Source: an uncultured Pseudomonadales bacterium (lineage in GTDB: Bacteria > Patescibacteriota > Microgenomatia > UBA1400 > PJMF01). Taken from it: a stretch of 64,000 bases of DNA. The translations under genes and the position numbers were made by a program. Each line of letters opens with the position of its first letter. Position 1 is the first letter of the stretch. The notes beneath the pieces are model-generated. The model worked only from the letters and a program-made list of their open reading frames with translations. It was not told the DNA's origin and did not search any database. The DNA lies in contig CAZOWX010000003.1 in the NCBI GenBank assembly GCA_964583795.1, positions 23,978 through 87,977 of the forward strand, read 5' to 3'. Positions 1 through 9,986 of the stretch are shown here, one piece after another.

Positions 1-52
1 ACTGAGCATTCTCGAACCATTTTCTCAATAAACTAGAGAAATAAAGGAAGAT

Positions 53-472
53 ATGTCTACTGGAGTAGAAACACTAAAGTATTTAGCAGCAATTACTGCT
101 GAAGATGAAGAAAACACTCAGATTAGAGAATGGACACGATTCGGGTTGCCTTTGGAGGGAGGCCAAAATATCGTTATTACTCCGATTACTTTAGACGATG
201 AAAAACTCATTCAAACGTTAAGTGATGTCATCCAAAAACTCTGGCAAGAACAACCAGATTTAATGTTGAGCCTTTTTTGTTTTGGTTTTGACTATGGAGT
301 TTTGAGAATGCTAAAAGCATTTGAAAAAGTAGGAGTGCAGGTAGATATGAAGCAATCTACGACTAGGGTTATTGATCCAAGCGAGCTTCAAAGACATCCT
401 CTCAAGGATTATACTCATTTCCCATTTGGTAAGTTATTACTGGTAACGCTAAAGCGCCAAAGAGTGCAATAA
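53..472 (+). CDS. hypothetical protein
   Basis: 139-aa ORF preceded by AGGAAG; no recognised motif. Confidence 0.6.
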   Translation: MSTGVETLKYLAAITAEDEENTQIREWTRFGLPLEGGQNIVITPITLDDEKLIQTLSDVIQKLWQEQPDLMLSLFCFGFDYGVLRMLKAFEKVGVQVDMKQSTTRVIDPSELQRHPLKDYTHFPFGKLLLVTLKRQRVQ

Positions 473-629
473 CGTTTGGTTTGTTAACATACGTTATCAA
501 CTTTAGTAATCTCAATTCACCATACACCCCCAAAACTCACAAATCGTAGTATAGTACTCTCAAAAGTTGCTGATTTGAAATGGGTCCCGCACTGCGGGAT
601 GATGTTTATTTGTAGCCGAAAGGAGCTCT

Positions 630-1868
630 ATGTCACGAGCCAATTTTGTCAAAGCCATGCAGAGTGAGGTGAGTCGGATTGACGGTACCAAAACACAAAA
701 GCGCCAAGAGAAAGTGATTGAAGGGTTCACCAAAGATGTGTCGCCTCGCGCGCTGATCGATGGTCGTGAAGTGCGAATTTTTAACTCCAATGATTATTTA
801 GGATTGCGCCATCACCCGAAAGTGAAAAAGGCAGAGCATGAAGCTAGTGAATTGTATGGGGCAGGTCCTGGGGCAGTGCGATTTATTTCTGGGAGTTTGA
901 AAGTGCATCGCGATCTTGAAAATGCGTTGGCAAAATTCCACGGACGTGAAGCAGGGATGATTTTTTCTAGTGCCTTTGCTACTAACATGGCTGTGCTGTT
1001 TTGTTTACTCAAAGGACAGAATAAAGACTCACTCATCACCGGCCGTGCATTAGTGATTAGCGACGCGCTCAACCACCGCAGTATTATTGATGGCATCCGA
1101 GTAGCTGGACTTGATGCTGACCAGAAAGAAATTTTTAACCACATGGATGCAGACAGTTTGCGTGAAGTGCTGGCAAAAAATACTGGCAAATTCGAGCGAG
1201 TCATTGTGGTGACTGATGGGGTGTTTAGTATGCTGGGTGAGTATCAGGATTTAAAGGCTCTTCGCAAAGTGGTGGATGAGTTTGATGGGAAGTTTGATCA
1301 TGGAGTCTGGTTAGTGATGGATGATGCGCACGGCGTTGGAATTGGCGGTGAGACTGGTCGAGGTACTGAAGAGGTAAGCGGTGCTCGGGTGGATATCTTG
1401 ATCGGGACAATGGGTAAAGCGTTTGGAACTGATGGGGGATATGTGGTTGCAGATCAAAGTGTGATTGATTTCTTGCGAGAATCAGCGGCAACGTATATTT
1501 ACTCGAATAATATTGCTCCGGGAACTGCGGGAGCGGCACTGGCATCAGTGCAGATTGTGGGAAGTGCGGAAGGGAAAGCCCTTTTGACCCAGTCACGCGC
1601 TAATGTCGATCGATTCAAACATTTGATGAAAGAAGCAGGGTTTACGTTTGCCGCCGACTCACATCATCCAATTCAGCCGATTTTAATTGCAGAACCGGTG
1701 AAAACCAAGGCACTCACTGATGCATTGTTCGAGGCTGGATTTTTAGTCACCAACATTAACTACCCAGTCGTACCCAAAGGCAAAGATGAGATCCGGGTAC
1801 AATTAAGCGCCACTCATACGCTTCAGGACATTGAAGCGTTTGTAAAGGCGGCGGAACGCCTTGCTTAG
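630..1868 (+). CDS. PLP-dependent alpha-oxoamine synthase (Kbl/BioF family, aminotransferase class II)
   Basis: SNDYLGL, DALNH, TDGVFSM, DDAHG and GTMGKAFG motifs; AAGGAG ribosome-binding site. Confidence 0.9.
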   Translation: MSRANFVKAMQSEVSRIDGTKTQKRQEKVIEGFTKDVSPRALIDGREVRIFNSNDYLGLRHHPKVKKAEHEASELYGAGPGAVRFISGSLKVHRDLENALAKFHGREAGMIFSSAFATNMAVLFCLLKGQNKDSLITGRALVISDALNHRSIIDGIRVAGLDADQKEIFNHMDADSLREVLAKNTGKFERVIVVTDGVFSMLGEYQDLKALRKVVDEFDGKFDHGVWLVMDDAHGVGIGGETGRGTEEVSGARVDILIGTMGKAFGTDGGYVVADQSVIDFLRESAATYIYSNNIAPGTAGAALASVQIVGSAEGKALLTQSRANVDRFKHLMKEAGFTFAADSHHPIQPILIAEPVKTKALTDALFEAGFLVTNINYPVVPKGKDEIRVQLSATHTLQDIEAFVKAAERLA

Positions 1869-1975
1869 GTACCAGAGCGTCGGGTTTCAGGTATAAGGGA
1901 CGATGTAAGTCTATACTGCCTCGTCTTTAGTCCGTTGATGAAGATGTAACTCTGAAAAACAGTTAAAAATAAAAA

Positions 1976-2129
1976 GTCGTCATCCCGAACAGATCTGGTG
2001 AGGAACGAACCAGACAGATTCGGGATCTAAAGTTTGAGCACTTTTTTGTCATAATAAATGAAATCGATAATTTCTGTTTAACTTCGAAGTATTTTGACTT
2101 TAGATCCCGATGTTCATCGGGATGACGAC
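1976..2129. repeat. CGTC-type REP-like inverted-repeat element (two palindromic halves)
   Basis: GTCGTCATCCCGAA...TTCGGGATCTAAAGT on the left; GACTTTAGATCCCGATG..CATCGGGATGACGAC on the right. Confidence 0.85.
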
Positions 2130-2155
2130 TTTATTATTTACCTTCATCCAAATCA

Positions 2156-2659
2156 TTAGCTCTTTTGTTGTTTGCAATACAGATCGGGCAAGATTGAACG
2201 ACTAGGTCTCTCTGGATCGACATAGATCACTACTTCACCACCCTCATTCATCTGTTTAGGAACCGGCAAGCAGTATTCAATTCCAGTGTACTGTTGCCCA
2301 TTAAACGAATAGTTATAAACGATGCCCCACCGATGAATTTGAGAAAAAATTGATATTGGTGTGACAATAAAACCCGATTGCGTGATCTTTCCCATGAGTT
2401 CTATATGGTGAGTGAAAAAATACTGTTTTTGCTTGATATTGCGATAAATAGGTAGTAAACCAAGAAGTGGAATAAACAAAAGTAAGAGGAGGGGACTGAA
2501 TGGATTTCCTTTATCTATCTCTGGAGAGGTTGTAAGCACATAGATATATGAAACCAAAAAGCTCAATGATTGAAAGGAAAAGATCGCCAAAAGACCAGCG
2601 ATCGTAGCAGTCACTAGATTTTTTGAAAAATAAAGCTCAATCGAAAATTTTCTTTCCAT
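2156..2659 (-). CDS. membrane protein, DUF3592-like (paralog 1)
   Basis: Two TM segments plus YxYSFNGQQY and VxIYVDPERPSRS; similar to the neighbouring gene. Confidence 0.75.
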   Translation of the reverse strand: MERKFSIELYFSKNLVTATIAGLLAIFSFQSLSFLVSYIYVLTTSPEIDKGNPFSPLLLLLFIPLLGLLPIYRNIKQKQYFFTHHIELMGKITQSGFIVTPISIFSQIHRWGIVYNYSFNGQQYTGIEYCLPVPKQMNEGGEVVIYVDPERPSRSILPDLYCKQQKS

Positions 2660-2661
2660 AG

Positions 2662-3180
2662 CTATCCATTGCTCGAATTTTGGTTGTGATTGTTGGGTTT
2701 ACAATACAAATCAGGCAAGATTGATCGATCTGGTTTTTCTGGGTTGAGATAGACCGCCACTTCATCACCAACTTTAAGTTCCTTTGGTATTGGCGCTATG
2801 TATGTAACGCCCATATATTCTTGACCGTTGTACGAATAGGTATAACGAATTCCATGTGTGGGTGAATCTGAAAGGACATCAACCAGTGATCCGATGTATC
2901 CTGTTTGTGTTATTTTTCCAGTAACTTCAGCATGATGTTGAAAGAATTTTTTTGTGTTTCGAATACCTATCCAGACAACCAAGAGTAGAACATAGGGAAT
3001 CAAAATCCAAAGCATTTGGACACTCAAATGAAAGCTTCTTCGTTCAGAAATGAGGAACGTGATTCCGAAAATTAATCCTATTACAAAAAACTGTGCAGCA
3101 AATATGATCCCCAAAACAGCAAGAAATGCAGCAGGAAGGTTTGATTTAAAGTATTGTTCAATCGAGAATTGTCTTTCCAT
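2662..3180 (-). CDS. membrane protein, DUF3592-like (paralog 2, tandem duplicate)
   Basis: Shares MERxFSIExYF, GKITQxG and RSILPDLYCK with 2156..2659. Confidence 0.75.
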   Translation of the reverse strand: MERQFSIEQYFKSNLPAAFLAVLGIIFAAQFFVIGLIFGITFLISERRSFHLSVQMLWILIPYVLLLVVWIGIRNTKKFFQHHAEVTGKITQTGYIGSLVDVLSDSPTHGIRYTYSYNGQEYMGVTYIAPIPKELKVGDEVAVYLNPEKPDRSILPDLYCKPNNHNQNSSNG

Positions 3181-3385
3181 ATAAAGATATCATAGAAAAG
3201 AGAGTGGGGGATGTAAATGTGATAGGGAAATCTTTGTTTTTATTTCCCAATAGACATAGTTGCGGTAACAAAGTGCTGGTATAGAGGGGAAGAGCAAAGT
3301 TGTTCTGTTGTTGGGTGGTTGAGTTGTTATAATGCACGTAATCACTTAACAACCCAACAACTAACAACATAACAACCCAGTTTCA

Positions 3386-5128
3386 ATGTCTTGGTATCGT
3401 ACCTACCGGCCACAAACAGTCAGCGCACTTCATATTGATAGTGTCCGAGAGAGTTTGCAAAAAATGCTTCAGTCTGGGAACCTCCCTCAGGCGCTCCTAT
3501 TTTCTGGGCCAAAAGGAACAGGAAAAACCTCAAGCGCTCGGATCATTGCCAAAGTACTCAACTGTGAACACAATGCCAAGCACGAGGCTGGCAAACCGTG
3601 GAAAGAACCATGTAATACTTGTGAGTTGTGTGTACTGATTACCAAAGGTTCGGCACTGAATGTCGTGGAGATGGATGGCGCGAGCAATCGGCGCATCGAT
3701 GATATTCGTGCACTCAAAGAGCGTCTGTATCTTCCTCCGTCGCAGGGACAGAAAGTGGTGTACATCATCGATGAAGTGCACATGTTGACCAAAGAAGCCT
3801 TCAATGCGCTTTTGAAAATGTTGGAGGAGCCACCAGAACATGTGGTGTTCATTTTTGCTACGACCGACCCGCAAAAGATTCCAGAAACGGTCATTTCTCG
3901 TGCGACCAGAGTGCAGTTTACCAAAGCATCCGTGTCAGAATTGGCCAAATCACTGCAAGAAATATCAAAAAAAGAAAAAATTGAGGTTGACCAACAAAGC
4001 CTCGAACTTATCGCCCAGAGTGCCGATGGCAGTTTTCGCGACGCTGTGAAGCTATTCGAGCAGTTAGTGAGCAGAGCGAAAGCAGACAAGAGTGTCATAA
4101 ACACGCAATGGGTAGAGAATGTTCTTTCGACTGTTTCGAGCGATGGGGTAGTGAAATTATTGCAAAGCATTTTAGCCAAAGACGAAAAAGCAGTGGTAGC
4201 CTATTTTCAAACCATTCGCTCGCAAAACGTGGAAGCGACAGTGATTCACAAGCAGTTGCTCGCTTTTTTACACACAGAGCTGATCAAAGCGCTCACAAGC
4301 AGCGAGGAACCGTTTACCCGCAAAGAGGTGTTGCTGTATTTGCTCAAACAATTTAGCGGCGTGGATATCCCCCAGTTGCATCCGTTCCCATTGTTACCGC
4401 TAGAGCTATGCGCAATTGAAATGGTGCTCAAAAGCAAAGAAAAAGATCGAACTGGCGGAGCAAATAGCAATAGTGTAAAAAATACAAAACACGAAGAAAA
4501 TGCGAAACTTGATAAAGTTGAAAGTCCCCCTCCTTCGTCCCGCAGTGCGGGAAAATTACAACTTGATCATCAGTCAGGTTTCCATTCAAGTGACTTCGGC
4601 GGGCAAAGTAAGTTGCAAGTTGTAAGTAATAAACAGGATGAAAACAATGATACTGTTTCTGATGCTGTTACGACGTTCGATATTTCTGAAGATTTTGCAG
4701 CTGATGATTCTCTTGTCAGTACTGAGTCTGCTGCGATGAAACCAGAATTCAACGATGCGACGGTAGAAGTTATTGAGTCAACATCAAACCAAGCGGATGG
4801 TTCTTTAGTTGGTCAAAAATGGCAGGAGTTATTGAAAATGATTGGAAAACATAACTTGTCTCTTGAAGCTATTTTACGCAGTGCCCGGTTTGCCAAGGGT
4901 GAACTCGGTCGAGCAACGATCAACGTGTTTTACTCATTTCACAAAGAACAGTTGGAGTTGCAGCGTTACCGAAACATTGTTGAACAAGCCATTTTTGAGT
5001 TACTTGGTGGACGTGTGCAGTTTGAGTATATCCTATCCCAGCCTCAGTCATCACAAGCCTCCGATGATAACGTTCGGGGGAATGTTGATAAAGAGTTTGT
5101 GAGCACGATTGAGGATGCACTGCTTTAG
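3386..5128 (+). CDS. dnaX: DNA polymerase III subunit gamma/tau
   Basis: YRxYRP, GPKGTGKT Walker A, Zn cysteines, IDEVHML, NALLKMLEEPP. Confidence 0.97.
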   Translation: MSWYRTYRPQTVSALHIDSVRESLQKMLQSGNLPQALLFSGPKGTGKTSSARIIAKVLNCEHNAKHEAGKPWKEPCNTCELCVLITKGSALNVVEMDGASNRRIDDIRALKERLYLPPSQGQKVVYIIDEVHMLTKEAFNALLKMLEEPPEHVVFIFATTDPQKIPETVISRATRVQFTKASVSELAKSLQEISKKEKIEVDQQSLELIAQSADGSFRDAVKLFEQLVSRAKADKSVINTQWVENVLSTVSSDGVVKLLQSILAKDEKAVVAYFQTIRSQNVEATVIHKQLLAFLHTELIKALTSSEEPFTRKEVLLYLLKQFSGVDIPQLHPFPLLPLELCAIEMVLKSKEKDRTGGANSNSVKNTKHEENAKLDKVESPPPSSRSAGKLQLDHQSGFHSSDFGGQSKLQVVSNKQDENNDTVSDAVTTFDISEDFAADDSLVSTESAAMKPEFNDATVEVIESTSNQADGSLVGQKWQELLKMIGKHNLSLEAILRSARFAKGELGRATINVFYSFHKEQLELQRYRNIVEQAIFELLGGRVQFEYILSQPQSSQASDDNVRGNVDKEFVSTIEDALL

Positions 5129-5242
5129 ATTGTTGATGGTGCCAGTCCTAGACAGGTCCGCCTTGGACGGAGAATGTGGGTGGTGTTTTGTTTATCTGAA
5201 AAAAAACAAATACTGCATCGAAAGTAAGAAATCTTAAATGTT

Positions 5243-5312
5243 GTCATCCTTGACCCGATGAATGAACCCGGCCAACGGCCGAGCAAAGCCATCGAGATCG
5301 AGGATCTGACTC
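5243..5312 (+). repeat. REP-like left half element
   Basis: GTCATCCTTGACCCGATGAATGAACCCG...GAGGATCTGACTC; homologous to 60427, and inverted at 14298-14375 and 56955-57033. Confidence 0.75.
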
Positions 5313-5372
5313 TACTATCTTTATAGTATTGATCTGTAAGTAGCCTTAAGAATTGATATACTTGTTTTAGAT

Positions 5373-5909
5373 ATGAAACACAAAACATCTCAAAAGTTCC
5401 CTACCTGGCTAATCATCCTTGGGGTGATTGGAGCATTTCTTTTTATTGTTGTCCCCCTAGTTGTTTTTTTTCTGATAAAACCCGTGCAAATTGTAGGAAA
5501 AGCGATGGAACCAGGTTATCGCTTAGGTGAGTACTACCTGACCGATCGACAGGCCTACCTGTTTGCCACGCCAAAGCGATCTGATGTGGTGGTTTATCGC
5601 TACAATTTTGATGGAAAAAATGTGTTGATTATTTCTCGAGTTATTGGACTACCCGGTGATCGTATTGAAACAAAAAATGGTGTTGTGTGGATCAACGGAC
5701 AAAAGTTTGATGAACCATATCTTGAAGCAAATACAAAAACGACCATTGCGGGTCAGGATTTTAATCGAATTTTGTCTGATCAGGAGTACTTTGTATTGGG
5801 AGATAATCGAGAGCACAGTATGGATTCCAGAAAAAATGGCCCGATTAAGCAAAGTGATATCAAAGGAAAAGTCACGACTCGATACTGGCCAATTGAGAGA
5901 GTTGAGTAG
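5373..5909 (+). CDS. signal peptidase I (S26) homolog, catalytic Ser/Lys apparently substituted
   Basis: N-terminal TM, RVIGLPGD and GDNREHSMDSR boxes; GKAM replaces GxSM and ISRVIG replaces IKRVIG. Confidence 0.85.
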   Translation: MKHKTSQKFPTWLIILGVIGAFLFIVVPLVVFFLIKPVQIVGKAMEPGYRLGEYYLTDRQAYLFATPKRSDVVVYRYNFDGKNVLIISRVIGLPGDRIETKNGVVWINGQKFDEPYLEANTKTTIAGQDFNRILSDQEYFVLGDNREHSMDSRKNGPIKQSDIKGKVTTRYWPIERVE

Positions 5910-6070
5910 TGTACTATGTTATCGTGCTGGTGTTGTAAATTGATTAGTGAGACTTGTATCGTCTGTCAACTTTTGCCTTTTTACCTTTGACTTTTAACCT
6001 TTCCAACTTAAGTGTGACAACCCGGTACAATTTGATATAATCGACAAAATAGCGAAAGCGAAAGGACCGT

Positions 6071-6358
6071 ATGGCAGGTAACCCATTTAAAGCACTTGGC
6101 GATCTGAATCAACTGCGCAAGCAAGCACAGCAGATGCAAAAAGATTTAGCTGCAGAAGAAATAACCGTACAACGTGGTGACATTGTGGTGGTCATTAGCG
6201 GTGATCAAAAAATTCGTCAATTTAGTGTCCAGGGAATTACTTCTCAAGATGCTATTGATGTACTCAACGAAGCAATCAAGAAATCACAAGAGTTAGCCGC
6301 AAAGAAACTTCAATCCATGACTGGTGGTCTTGGTGGACTAATGGGACAAGGGAAGTAA
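6071..6358 (+). CDS. ybaB: YbaB/EbfC family nucleoid-associated protein
   Basis: KQAQQMQKDL...VVISGDQ; lies between dnaX and recR. Confidence 0.85.
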   Translation: MAGNPFKALGDLNQLRKQAQQMQKDLAAEEITVQRGDIVVVISGDQKIRQFSVQGITSQDAIDVLNEAIKKSQELAAKKLQSMTGGLGGLMGQGK

Positions 6359-6407
6359 TCTTTAGGTGTCAGAGCGTCGGGTTTCAGGAGTCAGTGGCTA
6401 CCACTTT

Positions 6408-6643
6408 CGTCATCCTGAACAGTCTAGTGAGCTTGCGAACGAGACGGATTCAGGATCTAATGTCAGAATTCATTTTGTGCAGTCTTTCTGGTGCTTTTGC
6501 CACATAACAAAATAGAGTTATTGTCCAAGATCCTGCAACAAGTATGAATCTTGTGAATCCTGGCTCCTCATATTCCGCTATGGATTCACGATCTGATTGA
6601 ATTGATTAAAAAGTGTATCAGTTTAGTTCAGTCGAGGATGACG
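6408..6643. repeat. CGTC-type REP-like element with a long right arm
   Basis: CGTCATCCTGAA..TTCAGGATCTAATGTCAG ... GATCCTGCAAC...GTCGAGGATGACG; right arm homologous to copies at ~29255 and ~29503. Confidence 0.8.
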
Positions 6644-6903
6644 TACTTTTCTCTTCAACCATATAACCACGTAACACCATAACCACATAACCACATAACC
6701 ACATAACAACCCAGTAACTCTTTTAGATAGGTTTTCTTAGTAACAAAGCAACTAAACAACTAAGCAACAAACCAACCAACCAACCCCCACAGCCCCTAGA
6801 CACCGTCATTTTTCTATAGTACTTTGAGTCATTGCGATGCAACGGTTCAACCAGTCATTGCATTCCCTATATACTATATACTAACCCCTACATACTTATT
6901 CCC

Positions 6904-7848
6904 ATGCGACTCATCCTCACTGGCTCCATCGCCATCGATAGAATTCTAAACTTTAGCGGCAAGTACGCTGATGTTATTGCCCCTGATAAACTGCATGTAT
7001 TATCTCTTTCCGTGTTGGTCGATAACTTAGTTGATACTCGTGGGGGAATTGCCGCCAATATTGCATATGGATTAGCGCTACTGGGGGAAAAACCAGTGTT
7101 ATTGGGCAGTGTCGGTCATGATGCGAAAGGGTATATGAATGATTTGGCAGCGCTTGGGATCGATACTTCACATGTTCATTTTTCAAAGAAACCAACCGCC
7201 AGTTTTACGGTGATGACCGATACCGCTGATTGCCAAGTCGGTGGCTTTTATTCTGGCGCGATGAGTGACTCAAGTAGTTTGACGCTCGACGCTTTTGATC
7301 CGGCACGTGATTTTATAGTCATTTCGCCACATGACCCCAAAGCCATGGCGTTGCAGGTCAAGCAAGCGACTGATCGAGGGTTCCATTACTTTTATGACGT
7401 TGGTCAGCAAGTGAGTAATGTGCCTGATGAAGATGTAGTCAATGGAATTGCTAAAGCATCACTACTCATTGTGAATGATTATGAAATGGGAGTAATTGAA
7501 AAGAAAACGAAATTAACTCAAGCCCAGATTGTGAAAAATGTCCCTGTGGTAGTTATTACCTTAGGAGAAAAAGGATCGTTGATTTTTGATCATGGAAAAA
7601 AGCATGAAGTGAGTGCCGTTCCAGTGAAAAAAGTGGTTGACCCAACCGGTGCAGGCGATGCGTTTCGATCAGGATTTTTATTTGGCTATGTTCGTGATTG
7701 GCCAATTGTACAGTGTGCAAAGCTCGGCTCAATTGTGGCTACATTTGCGATTGCACAGCATGGAACACAAGAGCATCACTTTTCCAAAGCTGATATTGAA
7801 AAGATTGCGAAAAAGCAATATAAATTGGTTCTAGGTTCTAGGTTCTAG
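6904..7848 (+). CDS. PfkB-family kinase, probable adenosine kinase
   Basis: GSIAID, GGIAANIAY and DPTGAGDAF motifs; adjacent to ahcY; start moved to ATG 6904. Confidence 0.88.
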   Translation: MRLILTGSIAIDRILNFSGKYADVIAPDKLHVLSLSVLVDNLVDTRGGIAANIAYGLALLGEKPVLLGSVGHDAKGYMNDLAALGIDTSHVHFSKKPTASFTVMTDTADCQVGGFYSGAMSDSSSLTLDAFDPARDFIVISPHDPKAMALQVKQATDRGFHYFYDVGQQVSNVPDEDVVNGIAKASLLIVNDYEMGVIEKKTKLTQAQIVKNVPVVVITLGEKGSLIFDHGKKHEVSAVPVKKVVDPTGAGDAFRSGFLFGYVRDWPIVQCAKLGSIVATFAIAQHGTQEHHFSKADIEKIAKKQYKLVLGSRF

Positions 7849-7879
7849 GTTCTAGGTTCTAGGTTCTAGGTTCTAGGTT
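7827..7879 (+). repeat. perfect heptamer tandem repeat (GGTTCTA)x7
   Basis: Read directly; supplies the last codons and the TAG stop of the PfkB gene. Confidence 0.95.
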
Positions 7880-8035
7880 TGGTTGTTGCTTTGTTATTAA
7901 GAACTACTTACAGACAGATAAAGCAAATCGAAAAGAAGTGGCACTTGTCGCTTGAGGCTTGAAGCATGAAACTTGAAGCCAAAATAAAAGCTTGTAGCTT
8001 TTTTATTAACAAAATTTCTATTAAAAAGGACATTT

Positions 8036-9436
8036 ATGCCAAAGCAAAACTACCAAGTCAAAGATATCAAGCTCGCTGACTGGGGCAGAAAAGAGATTGA
8101 TCTGGCAGAGCAAGAAATGCCAGGACTGATGAGCTTGCGTGAACAGTATGGTAAGAAAAAACCCCTCAAAGGTGCTCGAATTACTGGCTCACTGCACATG
8201 ACGATTCAAACTGCTGTGTTGATAGAGACACTGCAAGCACTCGGAGCACAAGTCCGTTGGGCTTCGTGTAATATTTTTTCCACGCAAGATCACGCTGCCG
8301 CAGCTATTGCTAAAGCTGGGACAACAGTATTTGCATACAAGGGTGAGTCACTCAAGGATTATTGGGAATATATTGACCAAACATTGGATTGGGGAAACGG
8401 CTTGGGACCAAATCTTATCTTAGACGACGGAGGAGATCCCACTCTTTTTGTGCATTTAGGATACAAGGCAGAGGAAGATCCGAAAGTATTGGATAAAAAG
8501 CCAGAGAGTGAAGACGAAGAGTTTTTACTGAAACAGTTAAAAATTTCTTTGAAAAAAGACCCAAAGCGCTTTCATCGCATTATCAAAGACATTCGAGGTG
8601 TGAGTGAAGAAACCACCTCGGGAGTGCATCGTCTATATCATATGCAAGATACCGGTGAGCTGCAATTTCCAGCATTCAACGTCAATGACTCAGTCACCAA
8701 ATCAAAATTTGATAACACCTATGGCTGTCGTCACTCATTGGTTGATGCTATCATGCGAGCAACTGACGTGATGTTGTCTGGGAAAGTAGCAGTCATTGCT
8801 GGCTACGGCGATGTTGGAAAAGGATGTGTGCAGTCACTCAAAGGTCAAGGAGCTCGAATTATTATTACCGAGATTGACCCCATTTGTGCGCTGCAGGCAG
8901 CGATGGAAGGGTATGAAGTGATGCAGATGAGTGATGCATGCAAAATTGGTGATATTTTTGTGACCGCAACAGGTTGTGAACATGTCATTACTCTAGAGCA
9001 CATGAAGCAGATGAAAGACAAGGCCATTGTGTGTAATATCGGTCACTTTGATGCGGAGATTGAAGTTGCCAAATTGCGTAAATTTAAATGGACCAATATC
9101 AAACCGCAAGTTGATTTGGTTCACTTGTCTAAGACAAAAAGTATTATTTTGCTTGCTGAAGGGCGATTAGTGAATCTCGGTTGTGCGATGGGTCACCCGA
9201 GTTTTGTGATGTCCAATAGCTTTACCAATCAAGTGTTGGCTCAAATGGAGCTTTTTGAAAAATTCGAGTCGTACGAGCCAAAGGTGTATCGACTGCCGAA
9301 AAAGTTGGATGAAGAAGTTGCCCGACTACATTTGGGTAAACTGGGAGTCAAACTCGATACATTAACGACTGCACAGGCAAAGTATCTCAATGTTCCAGTG
9401 GATGGACCATTTAAGCCAGAACACTACAGATACTAG
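8036..9436 (+). CDS. ahcY: S-adenosylhomocysteine hydrolase
   Basis: [46 protein letters not shown]-terminal HYRY. Confidence 0.98.
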   Translation: MPKQNYQVKDIKLADWGRKEIDLAEQEMPGLMSLREQYGKKKPLKGARITGSLHMTIQTAVLIETLQALGAQVRWASCNIFSTQDHAAAAIAKAGTTVFAYKGESLKDYWEYIDQTLDWGNGLGPNLILDDGGDPTLFVHLGYKAEEDPKVLDKKPESEDEEFLLKQLKISLKKDPKRFHRIIKDIRGVSEETTSGVHRLYHMQDTGELQFPAFNVNDSVTKSKFDNTYGCRHSLVDAIMRATDVMLSGKVAVIAGYGDVGKGCVQSLKGQGARIIITEIDPICALQAAMEGYEVMQMSDACKIGDIFVTATGCEHVITLEHMKQMKDKAIVCNIGHFDAEIEVAKLRKFKWTNIKPQVDLVHLSKTKSIILLAEGRLVNLGCAMGHPSFVMSNSFTNQVLAQMELFEKFESYEPKVYRLPKKLDEEVARLHLGKLGVKLDTLTTAQAKYLNVPVDGPFKPEHYRY

Positions 9437-9475
9437 ACTATAGACTTAAGACTATAGTCTATAGACTGGAATTGT

Positions 9476-9955
9476 ATGATCAAAGCCCTTGTCTCCGACG
9501 TCTGGCATGTATTGTTTTTCCCAAAAGACTTTGAAATTCGCGGGCACTCTGATGAGATTGCGCAAAAAATAGTCGGTAAAAATAATCCCAGTTTTTTTGA
9601 TACCTACTTTTTGAATCAAGAGCTACTAGATTATTTTGTAAGTATAAAAAAGCAACACCAACTCAAGTTAGCGCTATTTTCATCAGGAACAATGTATAAA
9701 GAGCCCGAACTGCAACCGCTATTGTCACCAATTTTCGACAAAGTATTTTCCAGTAGCGCCATTCGATACCAGAAAAACGACCCAGCTTCGTATCGTTATC
9801 TGTCTGAACAACTCAACGTTGCTTTGTCAGAACTGCTTTTTGTGGATGACTCACTGCGCAATATCGAAGCTGCACGAGAAGCTGGTGGAGTAGCGATTCA
9901 CTATCACGATAATCAACAAGTGATGAATGCAATTGACTCAGTTTTGAACCGTTGA
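9476..9955 (+). CDS. HAD-superfamily hydrolase
   Basis: Degenerate motif I (SDVWHV); LFVDDSLRNIEAA motif IV. Confidence 0.75.
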   Translation: MIKALVSDVWHVLFFPKDFEIRGHSDEIAQKIVGKNNPSFFDTYFLNQELLDYFVSIKKQHQLKLALFSSGTMYKEPELQPLLSPIFDKVFSSSAIRYQKNDPASYRYLSEQLNVALSELLFVDDSLRNIEAAREAGGVAIHYHDNQQVMNAIDSVLNR

Positions 9956-9986
9956 CAGCTTCTTTCGATCTTGAGACGATGGATAC

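Noticed and set aside
3487-4179. Long antisense ORFs within dnaX and other core genes
   Set aside because: Shadow frames of well-supported genes with no independent signals.
3961-4450. Programmed frameshift site producing the DnaX gamma subunit
   Set aside because: A-rich runs exist, but I could not support a correctly placed slippery heptamer with a stimulatory hairpin.
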